Source: the human T2T-CHM13v2.0 reference genome, Homo sapiens
DNA: 64,000 nucleotides
Reading direction: 5' to 3' (one strand)
NCBI RefSeq assembly: GCF_009914755.1
Contig: NC_060943.1
In this document: piece by piece, positions 21,423 to 36,916 of the stretch
Layout: every line of letters starts with the position of its first letter
Position numbering within the stretch: the first letter of the stretch is position 1
The notes under the pieces: model-generated
Told to the model about the DNA's origin: nothing
Databases searched by the model: none
Seen by the model: the letters and a program-made list of their open reading frames with translations, nothing else
Position numbers and translations under genes: made by a program

Positions 21423-23110
21423 CAAGGCATGCCGCCACATCTGGCTAATGTTTTAAAAAATTTGTTGTAAAGATTATATCTCGCCATGTTGCCCTGGCTG
21501 GTCTCAAACTCCTGGGCTCAAGCAATCTTCCTTTCCCAGCCCCCTAAAGTGCTGGGATTTTGGTGGGAGCCACTGCAAACAGCCCAGATTATTATTTATT
21601 TATTTTTATTTATTTATTTTTTTTTTGAGATGGAGTCTTGCTATGTAACCCAGGCTGTAGTATAGTGGCATGATCTTGGCTCACTATAGCCTCCACCTCC
21701 CCAGTTCAAGAAGTTCTCCTGCCTCAGCCTCACGAGTAGCTGGGATTACAGGCATGCACCACCATGCCCAGCTAATTTTGGCATTTTTAGTAGAGATGGG
21801 GTTTCACCTTGTTGGCCAGGTCGGTCTTGAACGTCCTCCTCAGCCTCCAAAAGTGGTGGGATTACAGGCGTGAGCCACCGCGCCTGGCTGAGGCCCAGAT
21901 TAAAATGTTTAAAAAAGTACTCTTTATGCAGATTCACCTTAACATTTTAACCCATTCCCAATATGACTTGTTCTATTCTATCAATCAATCATCTATCTAT
22001 CTTACTCTGTTTTATGCTACTATAACAAAATACTACAGACTAGGTAACATATTTATTTATTTTTTTGAGATGGAGTTGTGCTCTTGTTGCCCAGACTGGA
22101 GTGCAAATGGCATGATCTTGGTTCACTGCAACCTCTGCCTCCTGGGTTCAAGTGATTCTCCTGCCTCAGCCTTCAGAGTAGCTGGGATTACAGGCGCCTA
22201 CCACCACTCCTGGCTAATTTTTGTATTTTTAGTAGAGACAGGGTTTCACCATGTTGGCGAGGCTGGTCTTGAACACCTGACCTTGAGTAATCTGCCCACC
22301 TCAGCCTCCCAAAGTGCTGGGATTACAGACGTGAGCAGTAGCACCCAGTCTACTTATAAAGAATACAAATTTATTTCCCACAGTTCTGGAGACTGGGAGT
22401 CCAAGATCAAGGAGCTGGTAGGTTCGGTGCCTGGTGAGGATCAGGTTTCTGCTTTCAAGATGGCTCCGTGCTGTTGGATCCTCCAAGGGGAGGATCACTG
22501 CGTCCTCACATAGTGGAAGGTGGAAGACCAAGAGAGGTGAACTCCATCCATCAAGCCCTTTTGTAGGGGTACCTAATCCCATTCATGATGATGGAACCCT
22601 CATGACCCAATCACCTGTCATAGGCCACACCTCCCAATACTGTTGCATTGGGGATTACATTCCAACATGGATAAAAAACATTCAAACCATAGCAATATCT
22701 ATTTAGTACTTTTTCTGAACCACTTAGGGTAAATTACATACAACATAGGTTTTACCTCTCAATACTTTGGAGAGTATCTCCTAAAAATGGGGACATTTTC
22801 TGATATAACTGCAGTTACATTTATCAGCTATAGTAAATTTAACGTTGATGCAATACTTTCATCCCTGAGGTTTATATTCCAACTGTTGGTTTGAGAAGTA
22901 ATTTGACAACTTTGAAACGAAATGGTAGTTTCTTTGTTGCCTGAGTGATGCCACACTTAAGACTCACTCATGGTTCAGCGTGGTGGCTTATTCCTGTAAT
23001 CCCAGCACTTTGGGAGGCTGAGGCAAGAGGATTGGTTGAGGTCAGGAGTTTGAGACCAGCCCATGCAACACATTGAGACCCTGTCATTACCAAAAACAAA
23101 AACAAAAAAG
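21423..23110. mobile_element. Alus: truncated 21423-21586(-), 21590-21890(-), 22050-22350(-), FLAM 22972-23110(+)
   Basis: Alu consensus; approximate ends. Confidence 0.85.
21995..22695. mobile_element. MaLR LTR (MST/MLT1A-like) interrupted by an Alu
   Basis: tataacaaaatactacagactagg..cacagttctggagactgggagtccaagatcaagg..acattcaaaccatagca. Confidence 0.7.
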
Positions 23111-24390
23111 AAAACAAACAAACAAAATACACAAAGAAAAAAAAAGACTCACATCTAAGTTTCCAGAGGCATCTCAACAGTTAATGGCAAGGGCCCTGGA
23201 TCCAGGGAGCTGGGCTTTGATCCTGGCTCTGAATGCTATCAGAAAAGTGACGTTGATTAAGTTATGTGATCTCTTCATGCCTTGGTTTCCCCAGTGGTAA
23301 ATGGGGATAATTTTAGAGATACGTGGTGAAAACATTTATAGGTGAATTGATGCAAGGTCTGGCATTTTCTTCAAAATAATCCCAATTTGAGGAGGAGGTT
23401 CCAAGATGGCCAAACAGGAACAGCTCCAGTCTGCAGCTCCCAGCGTGAGTGATGCAGAAGATGGGTGATTTCTGCATTTCCAACTGAGGTACTGGGTTCA
23501 TCTCACTGGCACTTGTCAGACAGTGGGTGCAGCCCATGGAGCAGGGCAGGGCAGCGCCTCACCCGGGAAGTGCAAGGGGTCGGGAAATTCCCTTTCCTAG
23601 CAAAGGGAAGCCGTGACAGATGGTACCTGGAAAATCAGGACACTCCCACACTAATACTGTGCCTTTCCAATGGCCTTAGCAAACGGCACCCCAGGAGATT
23701 ATATCCCACGCCTGGCTTGGAGGGTCCCACCCCCATGGAGCCTCACTCACAGGTAGCACAGCAGTCTGAGATCGAACTGCAAGGTGGCAGCGAGGCTGGG
23801 GGAGAGGCATCCGCCATTGCTGAGGCTTGAGTAGGTAAACAAAGCGGCCAGGAAGCTCAAACTGCATGGAGCCCACCGCAGGTCAAGGAGGCCTGCCTGC
23901 CTCTATGGAATCCACCTGGGGGCAGGGCATAGCTGAAAAAAAGGCAGCAGAAACTTCTGCAGACTTAAATGTCCCTGTCTGACAGCTTTGAAGAGAGTAG
24001 TGCTTCTCCCAGCATGGAGTTTGAGATCTGAGAACAGATAGACTGCCTCCTCAAGTGGGTCCCTGACCCTTGAGTAGCCTAAATGGGAGACACCTCCCAG
24101 TAGGGGCCCACTGACACCTCATACAGCCAGGTGCCCCTCTGAGATGAAGCTTTCAGAAGAAGGATCAGACAGCAAAATTTGCCGTTCTGCAATATTTGCT
24201 GTTCTGCAGCCTCTGCTGGTGATATCCAGGCAAACAGAGTCTGGAGTGGACCTCCAGCAAACTCCAACATGCCTGCAGCTGAAGGTCCTGACTGTTAGAA
24301 GGAAAACTAACAAACAGAAAGGATATCCACACCAAAACCCCATTTGTACGTCACCATCATGAAAGACCAAAAGTAGATAAAACCACAAAC

Positions 24391-25413
24391 ATGGGGAGAA
24401 ACCAGAGCAGAAAAGCGGAACACTGTAAAAATGAAAGCGCCTCTTCTCATCCAAAGGAATGCAGCTCCTCACCAGCAACAGAACAAAGCTGGACAGAGAA
24501 TGACTTTGATGAGATGAGAGAAGGAGGCTTCAGACAATCGGTAATAACAAACTTCTCTGAGCTAAAGGAGGATGTTTGAACCCATCACAAAGAAGCTAAA
24601 AACCTTGAAAGAAGATTAGATGAATGGCTAACTAGAATGAACAGTGTAAAGAAGACCTTAAATGACTTGATGGAGCTGAAAACCATGGCATGAGAACTAC
24701 GTGATGCATGCACAAGCTTCAGTAACTGATTTGATCAAGTGGAAGAAAGGGTATCAGTGATTAAGATCAAATGAATGAAATGAAGCGAGAAGAGAAGTTT
24801 AGAGAAAAAAGAGTAAAAAGAAATGAACAAAGCCTCCAAGAAATATGGGATTATGTGAAAAGACCAAATCTACATCTGATTGGTGTAATTGAAAGTGACG
24901 CGGACAATGGAAACAAGCTGGAAAACACTCTTCAGGATATTATCCAGGAGAACTTCCCCAACCTAGCAAGGCAGGCCAACATTCAAATTCAGGAAATACA
25001 GAGAATGCCACAAAGATACTCCTCGAGAAGAGCAACCCCAAGACACATAATTGTCAGATTCACCAAGGTTGAAATGAAGGAAAAAATTCTAAGGGCAGCT
25101 ATAGAGAAAGGTCAGGTTACCCACAAAGGGAAACCGATCAGACTAACAGCAGATCTCTTGGCAGAAACTCTACAAGCCAGAAGAGAATGGGGGCCAATAT
25201 TCAACATTCTGAAAGCAAAGAATTTTCAACCCAGAATTTCATATCCAGCCAAACTAAGCTTCATAAGTGAAGGAGAAATAAAACCATTTACAGACAAACA
25301 AATGTTGAGAGATTTTGTCACCACCAGGCCTGCTTACAAGAGCTCCTGAAGGAAGCACTAAACATGGAAAGGAACAACTGGTACCAGCCACTGCAAAAAC
25401 ATGCTAAATTGTA
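24391..25413 (+). pseudogene. L1 ORF1p, disrupted
   Basis: ORF pieces 24391-24579 and 24771-25349 (EIWDYVKRPNL, RLTADL, YPAKLSF). Confidence 0.9.
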
Positions 25414-25477
25414 AAGACCATCAATGCTAGGAAGAAACAGCATCAACTAATGAGCAAAGTAACCATCTAATGTCATA

Positions 25478-29475
<3,998 letters not shown>

Positions 29476-29956
29476 GGAGGGATAGCATTAGGAGATATAC
29501 CTAATGTAAATGACGAGTTAATGGGTGCAGCACACCAACATGGCGCATGTATACATATGTAACAAACCTGCACGTTGTGCACATGTACCCTAGAACTTAA
29601 AGTATATATATAAGAGGAAATAGAGAAAGTACATGCTTTCTCTATACACTTACATGCTGTATGTAAGTGTCATACAGAGGTATGCTCTGTAAGACACTTA
29701 CCTCAGCATATACAGTTAAACCCTTTTTCTATGTGGTTATTGAGAATTTGACTAGTGGTGTTAATTATGGGTAGCCACCGGTACTGATCAGTACTTTTTG
29801 TTTATTCCTATTTTTCCAGGAACCATTTGTTTTACACATTGTTCTCTGTATTACTCATATTTACCCAGAGAGAAAAATATATCACTATAATTTGTAAAAT
29901 TCATATGTTTAATGGAAGGAGCAAAACTGTTCTCCAGTTATTACAATTATTTTTGA

Positions 29957-31051
29957 AACATAAAAAAAGTTGTGAAGATTTCATCTTAATATGGACATTT
30001 ATCTGTTCTCAAATAATACTTTTATAATTTCTTATGCCTGTCTTTAGTATCTTAATCCTGTTATCTTCAGAAGCTAAGGATGTGTGTCACCTCAGGACCT
30101 CTGTGATAATTGTGTTAACTGTACAAATTGATTGTAAAACATGTATGTTTGAACAATATGAAATCAGTGCACCTTGAAAAAGAACAGAATAATAGTGATT
30201 TTTATGGAACAAGGGAAGACAAACATAACGTCTGACTGCCTGTGGGGTCAGGCAAAAAGAGCCATATTTTTCTTCTTTCTTCTTGCAGAGGGCCTATAAA
30301 TGGACGTGCAAGTAGGAAACATATTGCTAAATTCTTTTCCTAGCAAAGAATATTAATATTAATACCCTGGTAAAAGTATGCGTTCCTGGGGGGAGGTCTA
30401 TAAATGGCTGCTCTGGGAATGTCTGCCTTGTACAGTTGAGATAAGGACCGAGATAAACCTTGGTCTCCTGCAGAACCCTCATGCTTACTAGGGTTGGGAA
30501 AACTCAACCCTGGTAAATTTGTGGTCAGACTGGTTGTCTGCTCTTGAACCCTGTTTTCTGTTATTTAAGATGTTTATCAAGACAATATGTGCACCGCTGA
30601 GCATAGACGCTTATCAGTGGTTCTGCTTTTGCCCTTTGCCTTATGATCTTTGTTGGACCCTTATCAGTGGTTCTGCTTTTGCCCTTTGTCCTGTGATCTT
30701 TGTTGGACCCTTATCAGTGGTTCTGCTTTTGCCCTTTGCCCTGTTCCCTCAGAAGCATGTGATCTTTGTTAGGCCCTTATCAGTGGTTCTGCTTTTTGCT
30801 CTTTGAAGTATGTGATCTTTGTACCTACTCTCTGTTCTTACACCCCCTCCCCTTTTGAAACCCTTAATAAAAGCTTGCTGGTCTGAGACGCAGGTGAGCA
30901 TCATGGTCCTACCAATATGTGATGTCACCCCTGGTGGCCCAGATGTAAAATTCCTCTCTTTGTACTGTCTCTCTTTATTTCTCAGCTGGCCAACACTTAT
31001 GGAAAATAGAAAGAACCTATGTTGAAATATTGAGGGTGGGTTCTCCCAATA
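29957..31051 (+). mobile_element. MER11 (HERV-K11/HML-8) solo LTR, 5'-truncated
   Basis: ttgtgaagatttcat..ggacatttatc; internal 50-bp TTATCAGTGGTTCTGCTTTTGCCC repeats; AATAAA at ~30866; 3' end gttgaaatattgagggtgggttctcccaata. Confidence 0.8.
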
Positions 31052-31054
31052 ATA

Positions 31055-31535
31055 ATACAGACATGAAAAACATTTGATGGAAATCCAACATCCATTCCTG
31101 ATTAAAAATTATCAGCAAGCTAGAAATAAACAGAATTTCTTACCCTGACTAAAGGCATCTACAAAAATATCTGCAGCCAACATCATACTTAAAGGTGAAA
31201 GACTTGATGCTTTCCCTCTAAGATTGGGAGCAAGTAAAGAATGGCGGTTCTTACCACTCTGATTCAAAATCGCACTGGAGGTTCTATCTATTATTCCACT
31301 CTCTAGGTCCATGTGTACACATTGTGTAGCACCCACTTACGAATGAGAACATGTGATACTTTCTGTGCCTGGCTTATTTCACTTAAGATAATCACCTCCA
31401 GTTGTATCCATGTGGCTATAAAAGACAAGACTTTATTCCTTTTTATGGCTAAATAGTATTCAATGGTGTATATATACCACATTTTATTTAACCATTCATC
31501 TGTTGATTCCCTATCTTTGCTATTGTAAATAGCAT
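31055..31535. mobile_element. L1M fragments (sense ORF2 piece then antisense 3' piece)
   Basis: cagccaacatcatacttaaaggtgaaagacttgatgctttccctctaaga; minus-strand EWLNKMWYIYTIEYY. Confidence 0.7.
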
Positions 31536-31826
31536 TTGGACCACATTTCAAGTACTTAATTAGTGGCCACATGCAGCAAGTTACTACCATATTGGACAAT
31601 GTAGCCCCAACCCACTATATGACCTTGGGTAAGACTTGCAAACTGTCACTGCTTCAATCTCTCCATCTATAAAATGGGGATGGCAACAATACCTCCCTAA
31701 AAGGGTAAAGACTGAGTCACTGTGTGTAAAGCACTTCATGCCTCCCCACTGGTGCTTCACCCTGGGGCTGGAATGAGCACCCAATCTTAGCGTCAGATGA
31801 CACAGCACAGCAGGACCCTGGTCCTT

Positions 31827-31874
31827 GGGTCAGAAAAGTCCATGCTGGCACCTCTCCAGTGTCAGGAAAGTACA
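31827..31874. promoter_or_regulatory. PBREM copy 1 (DR4 NR2 - NFI - DR4 NR1; CAR/PXR:RXR)
   Basis: GGGTCAgaaaAGTCCA (31827-42), TGGCACCTCTCCA (31846-58), GTGTCAggaaAGTACA (31859-74). Confidence 0.85.
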
Positions 31875-32065
31875 GCTTCCACCTCATAAAAATCAGGATT
31901 GTTTATCTTATCCTCCTGGGTCAAAGTAACTTCTGGGCTCAGGGTAAACACTGAGTCACTGTGTGTAAAGCACTTCACGCCTCCCCACTGGTGCTTCACC
32001 CTGGGGCTGGAATGAGGACCCGATCTTAGTGTCAGATGACACAGCACAGCAAGACACAGGTCGTT

Positions 32066-32113
32066 GGGTCAGAAAAGTCCATGCTGCCTCCTCTCCCCGG
32101 TCAGGAAAGTACA
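32066..32113. promoter_or_regulatory. PBREM copy 2
   Basis: GGGTCAgaaaAGTCCA (32066-81), degenerate NFI, CGGTCAggaaAGTACA (32098-113). Confidence 0.85.
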
Positions 32114-32300
32114 GCTTCCACCTCTTAAAAGTCAGGATTGTTTGCTTCTCCTGGGTCAAAGTAACTTCTGGGCTCAGGGTAAACACTGAGTCACTGTGTG
32201 TAAAGCACTTCACGCCTCCCCATCGGTGCTTCACGCTGGGGCTGGAATGAGGACTCAATCTTAGTGTCAGATGACACAGCACAGCAAGACCCAGGTCCTT

Positions 32301-32348
32301 GGGTTGGACAGGTCTGTGCTGGCACCTCTCCAGGGTCAGGAAAGCACA
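32301..32348. promoter_or_regulatory. PBREM copy 3 (positional equivalent of the CYP2B6 -1.7 kb PBREM)
   Basis: Degenerate NR2 GGGTTGgacaGGTCTG, intact NFI-like TGGCACCTCTCCA, GGGTCAggaaAGCACA (32333-48). Sits about -1.7 kb from the ATG once the LTR is subtracted. Confidence 0.8.
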
Positions 32349-32958
32349 GCTTCCACCTCTTAAAAATCAGGACTGTTTGTCTTCTCCTCCTGGGTCAAAG
32401 TAACTTCAGGGTCAGGATCCTGGATCCAGCAAAGAGTTTGGTTAACATTGCAAGAAAGATGTTGCCTCATGGTCAAAAGTCAGGCCTAGGATGAGACAGG
32501 CAGACACGGACACATTCACATCCAAATTGTGCAAATATGGACTGACCCTGTCAGAGGCTGTGTGGGTGCAGGCTCACAGTGAAGATAGAGACATATGGGA
32601 GTCCAGTAGACATCAATCAAACTGGACCCAGTTTCCACACACATGGAGCTCAAGAGTCTCCAGGGGGAAAACAGAGACATAAAGTTAGAGAGAGATAGAG
32701 CCAGAGAAATTTCCTGCACCAGGAAGATAGTTGGGAAGAACCCCCTCAGCGCTAGTTAGAGTGATCAGAAACCAAGGGGACCCGATCACTGCACCTGCCA
32801 GTCTCAGTTTCTGTCTCCCTCCAACTGACCACCTCTTCCTCTGAGACTCACTGGTTCTGCATTTCTTGCCCCTCCTTCTGTTTCTCCCATCACTTCCACC
32901 TATGGCTGTCACAGAAGGACTGATAAAGGAGGGGACACTGGAGATAGACCCTGAGCAT

Positions 32959-33946
32959 TGAAGGCGGCCAGCCCCCCCACACCTGTGGGTATTTCTCATC
33001 AGGTTGGACGAGAGACTGAGAAAAGAAATAAGACACAGAGACAAAGTATAGAGAAAGAACAGTGGGCCCAGGGGACTAGCGCTCAGCATACGGAGGACCT
33101 GCACTGACGCCGGCCTCTGAGTTCACTCAGTATTTATTGATCATTATTTTTACTATCTTAGTGAGGGGAGTGTAGCAGGGCAACAGGTTGGGAGAAGGTC
33201 AGCACAGAAACATGTGAGCAAAGGAATCTGTATCATGAATAAGTTCAAGGAAACGTACTGTGCCCGGATGTGCACACAGGCTAGATTTATGTTTCTCTTT
33301 ACCCAAACATCTTAGTTTAGCAAAGAGTAACAGAGCAGTATTGCTGCCAGCATATCTCGCTTCCAGCCACCGGGTGGTTTTCTCTTATCTCAATAGAATG
33401 AATGGGAATGGTCAGCTTTACACCAAGACATTCCATTCCCAGGGATGAGCAGGAGACAGAAGCCTTCCTCTTATCTCAACTGCAAAGAGGCCTCCCTCTT
33501 TCACTACTCCTCCTCAGCACAGACCCTTTATGGGTATTGGGCTGGGGGACAGTCAGGTCTTTCCCTTCCCATGAGGCCATATCTCAGGCTGTCTCAGTGG
33601 GGGGAAACCTTGGACAATACCCAGGCTTTCTTGGGCAGAGGTCCCTGTGGCTTTCCGCAGTGCATTCTGTCCCTGGTTAATCGAGAATGGAGAATGGTGA
33701 TGACTTTTACCAGGCATACTGCAAACATATTGTTAACAAGGCACATCCCACACATTCCTAAATCCATTAAACCTTGATTCAATACAGCACATGTTTCTGT
33801 GAGCACAGGGTTGGGGCTAAAGTTACAGCTTAACGCATCTCAAAGCAGAAACAATTTTTCTTAGTACAGATCAAAATGGAGTTTCTTATATCTTCCTTTT
33901 CTACATAGACACAGTAACAATCTGATCTCTCTTTCTTTTCCCCACA
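32959..33946 (-). mobile_element. HERV-K(HML-2) LTR5A/B-type solo LTR in the CYP2B7P upstream region
   Basis: Minus strand begins TGTGGGGAAAAGAAAGAGAGATCAGATTGTTACTGTGTC and ends ...ccttCA; 988 bp; 5-bp TSD AGCAT/AGCCT (1 mismatch). Confidence 0.88.
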
Positions 33947-34096
33947 AGCCTCTGCAGGCTTCCAAAGAGAGGGGCTAGGAGATGCACCAACACAGAAGCA
34001 CAAATACGCCAGCACACACAGATACACACAATTGGTTCACATATTGCTAGGTTACAGTTTGCTATGCGACAAAGGCAGTGGACCAGATTTGATTGA

Positions 34097-34435
<339 letters not shown>

Positions 34436-34936
34436 TGAACACACACTACCACCACCTCCACAACACACAAATGTAAATGCACTTTCATATATGAAACTGT
34501 ATAAATACAAGGAAGCTCCACACGTGCAAGGATATACACATAAGCACCCCCAGATTCAACCACAGAAACACACGCCTGCACATTTGCATAAATACAAACA
34601 CCACTTTACATATAAAAATCATATAAGCACATACACGGATGCAAGCAAGCATGGAGAAATGCACGGAAGCATAAACAAACAGACAAAGCTAAGTAAAAAA
34701 GTGTGCATGCTCACCTGTGCTTACAAAAATACACATACTCATACACAAACACCCACACGTTCACATGCTTAGGTGGACTTTGATATCTCTACCACTGTAT
34801 CCCTGCCAACATCTAGAGAGTGGATAAGGGATAGGCATTAGGTCGCTGGGTTGCCTAAGCAGGAAGTCTGGGTTCCCTAACACCTTTTTCTAAGCTAATG
34901 CTCCTTGACGATAATGAGAAAGGAGGCGGGGAATGG

Positions 34937-34980
34937 ATGAAGTTTCATAACTGAGTGAAGAGGCAGGTTCAGGATAAAAG
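34937..34980 (+). promoter_or_regulatory. CYP2B7P core promoter: -82C C/EBP-like site and non-canonical TATA GATAAAA at -55
   Basis: ATGAAGTTTCATAA with C at 34946 (ATG-82); GATAAAA at 34973-34979 (ATG-55). Confidence 0.7.
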
Positions 34981-35027
34981 GCCCAGTTAGAGGCTGCAGT
35001 GGGGTGCAGGGCAGTCAGACTGGAACC

Positions 35028-35198
35028 ATGGAGCTCAGCGTCCTCCTCTTCCTTGCACTCCTCACAGGCCTCTTGCTACTCCTGGTTCAGCGTCACCCTA
35101 ACTCCCATGGCACCCTCCCACCAGGGCCCCGCCCTCTGCCCCTTTTGGGGAACCTTCTGCAGATGGACAGAAGAGGCCTACTCAAATCCTTTCTGAGG
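35028..35198 (+). pseudogene. CYP2B7P: CYP2B7P exon 1 coding part
   Basis: ACCATGG start; ends CTGAGG|gtaaga. Confidence 0.95.
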
Positions 35199-35666
35199 GT
35201 AAGACACAGACGAATGGGGTCTGAGGGTGGGCTGCTTCTTGTCTCTGTACTTGGGGATCCTTCACCAAACAGAATGAGGCAGACTTCCAGAGTCAGGGGT
35301 GGCACGGGGATGGTTGGTGAGTACAGAGCATAGTGAAGCATGATGGGTGGTAGTATTAGGAGAAAAACATCAGTCAAATTAAATTTAGCAGAGTTTATTT
35401 GAGCAAAGAAGTGACTCATGAATCGGACAACTCCCTAAACCAGGAGAGACACCACACGGCAGTATGGGCAAGCAGTATTCACAGGCAGAAAAAGGAGGTG
35501 ACATACAGAAACAGCCTGGCTGGCCACAGATCACAGCTTGCCTTACTTGGTCACAGTCTGAGGAGCTAGCAGCCTGTGGTGGACTGAAAGCCCAGCTGCT
35601 CTGATTAGCCAACATTTGGCTACTTGTCGCAAGAATCTATTCATCTGGGCCGGGTGCAGTGGCTCA

Positions 35667-35972
<306 letters not shown>

Positions 35973-36256
35973 TTAGGTTGCAGTTCACTCTATGCAGAGA
36001 GAACTTTATGTCAAATTTAATTTAATTAAACAATTCTCCCCTTTTGATGAGCCTCAAAATTTTGAGATTGACCAAAACCTTGGGCATCAACATTACTTCT
36101 GTCACCATCATAATGGACTTGTTTGCTCTCAGTATGGAATTCACAATGGACAATGTCAAAGTAGTTGAGTGATTCTTTGTTTTCTTCATGTTTTTGTTAT
36201 TCATACTGTAATGAAGCCATTGGATGTACAAAGAATGGCTGCATATGAGCATTTAA

Positions 36257-36532
<276 letters not shown>

Positions 36533-36916
36533 TAGCCATTGCACAGGTGTGAGCCATTGCACCCGGCCAAGACTCTCAAGAAAATACAACACATCAGGGA
36601 GACTGTTATGATGGCTCTCAGGAGGGTAATACAAAGAAAATGAAGTCTGTACCTTACCGGGAGTCTCCATGAACCAAACTGATCAAAATCGAATAATTCA
36701 AAGCTCAGGCAATAAAGATAGTTCAATAGTATTAGAGTCCAATTGGTCATATACTTTGTTCAGAGCACAATGGTGATTAAGGACCAGAGCTTGCTATAAA
36801 ATAACTTGATTTACAGAGGCATTTGTTTTTGTAGTTCACCTGGTAACACATGTCATAGTACCTTGGAGACCCACTAGAAGAAACATTAAGAGTAGAAAAC
36901 CTTGTGATAGGCTTGC

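Larger units (their letters stand above)
31702..32414. repeat. Tandem triplication, unit ~235-239 bp, containing the CYP2B PBREM enhancer
   Basis: Units start AGGGTAAA at 31702, 31941 and 32176. The ORF track shows three near-identical minus-strand peptides (MLCHLTLR...). Confidence 0.95.

Noticed and set aside
21809-22513. 234-aa ORF and many similar ORFs (e.g. 14522-15133, 56993-57601, 62611-63138)
   Set aside because: Typical Alu-derived peptides ([25 protein letters not shown]); not genes.
30611-30805. Four spaced copies of TTATCAGTGGTTCTGCTTTTGC resembling a CRISPR-like array
   Set aside because: The spacers resemble each other (50/50/66-bp period); this is the internal tandem repeat of the MER11 LTR in human DNA, with no cas genes.
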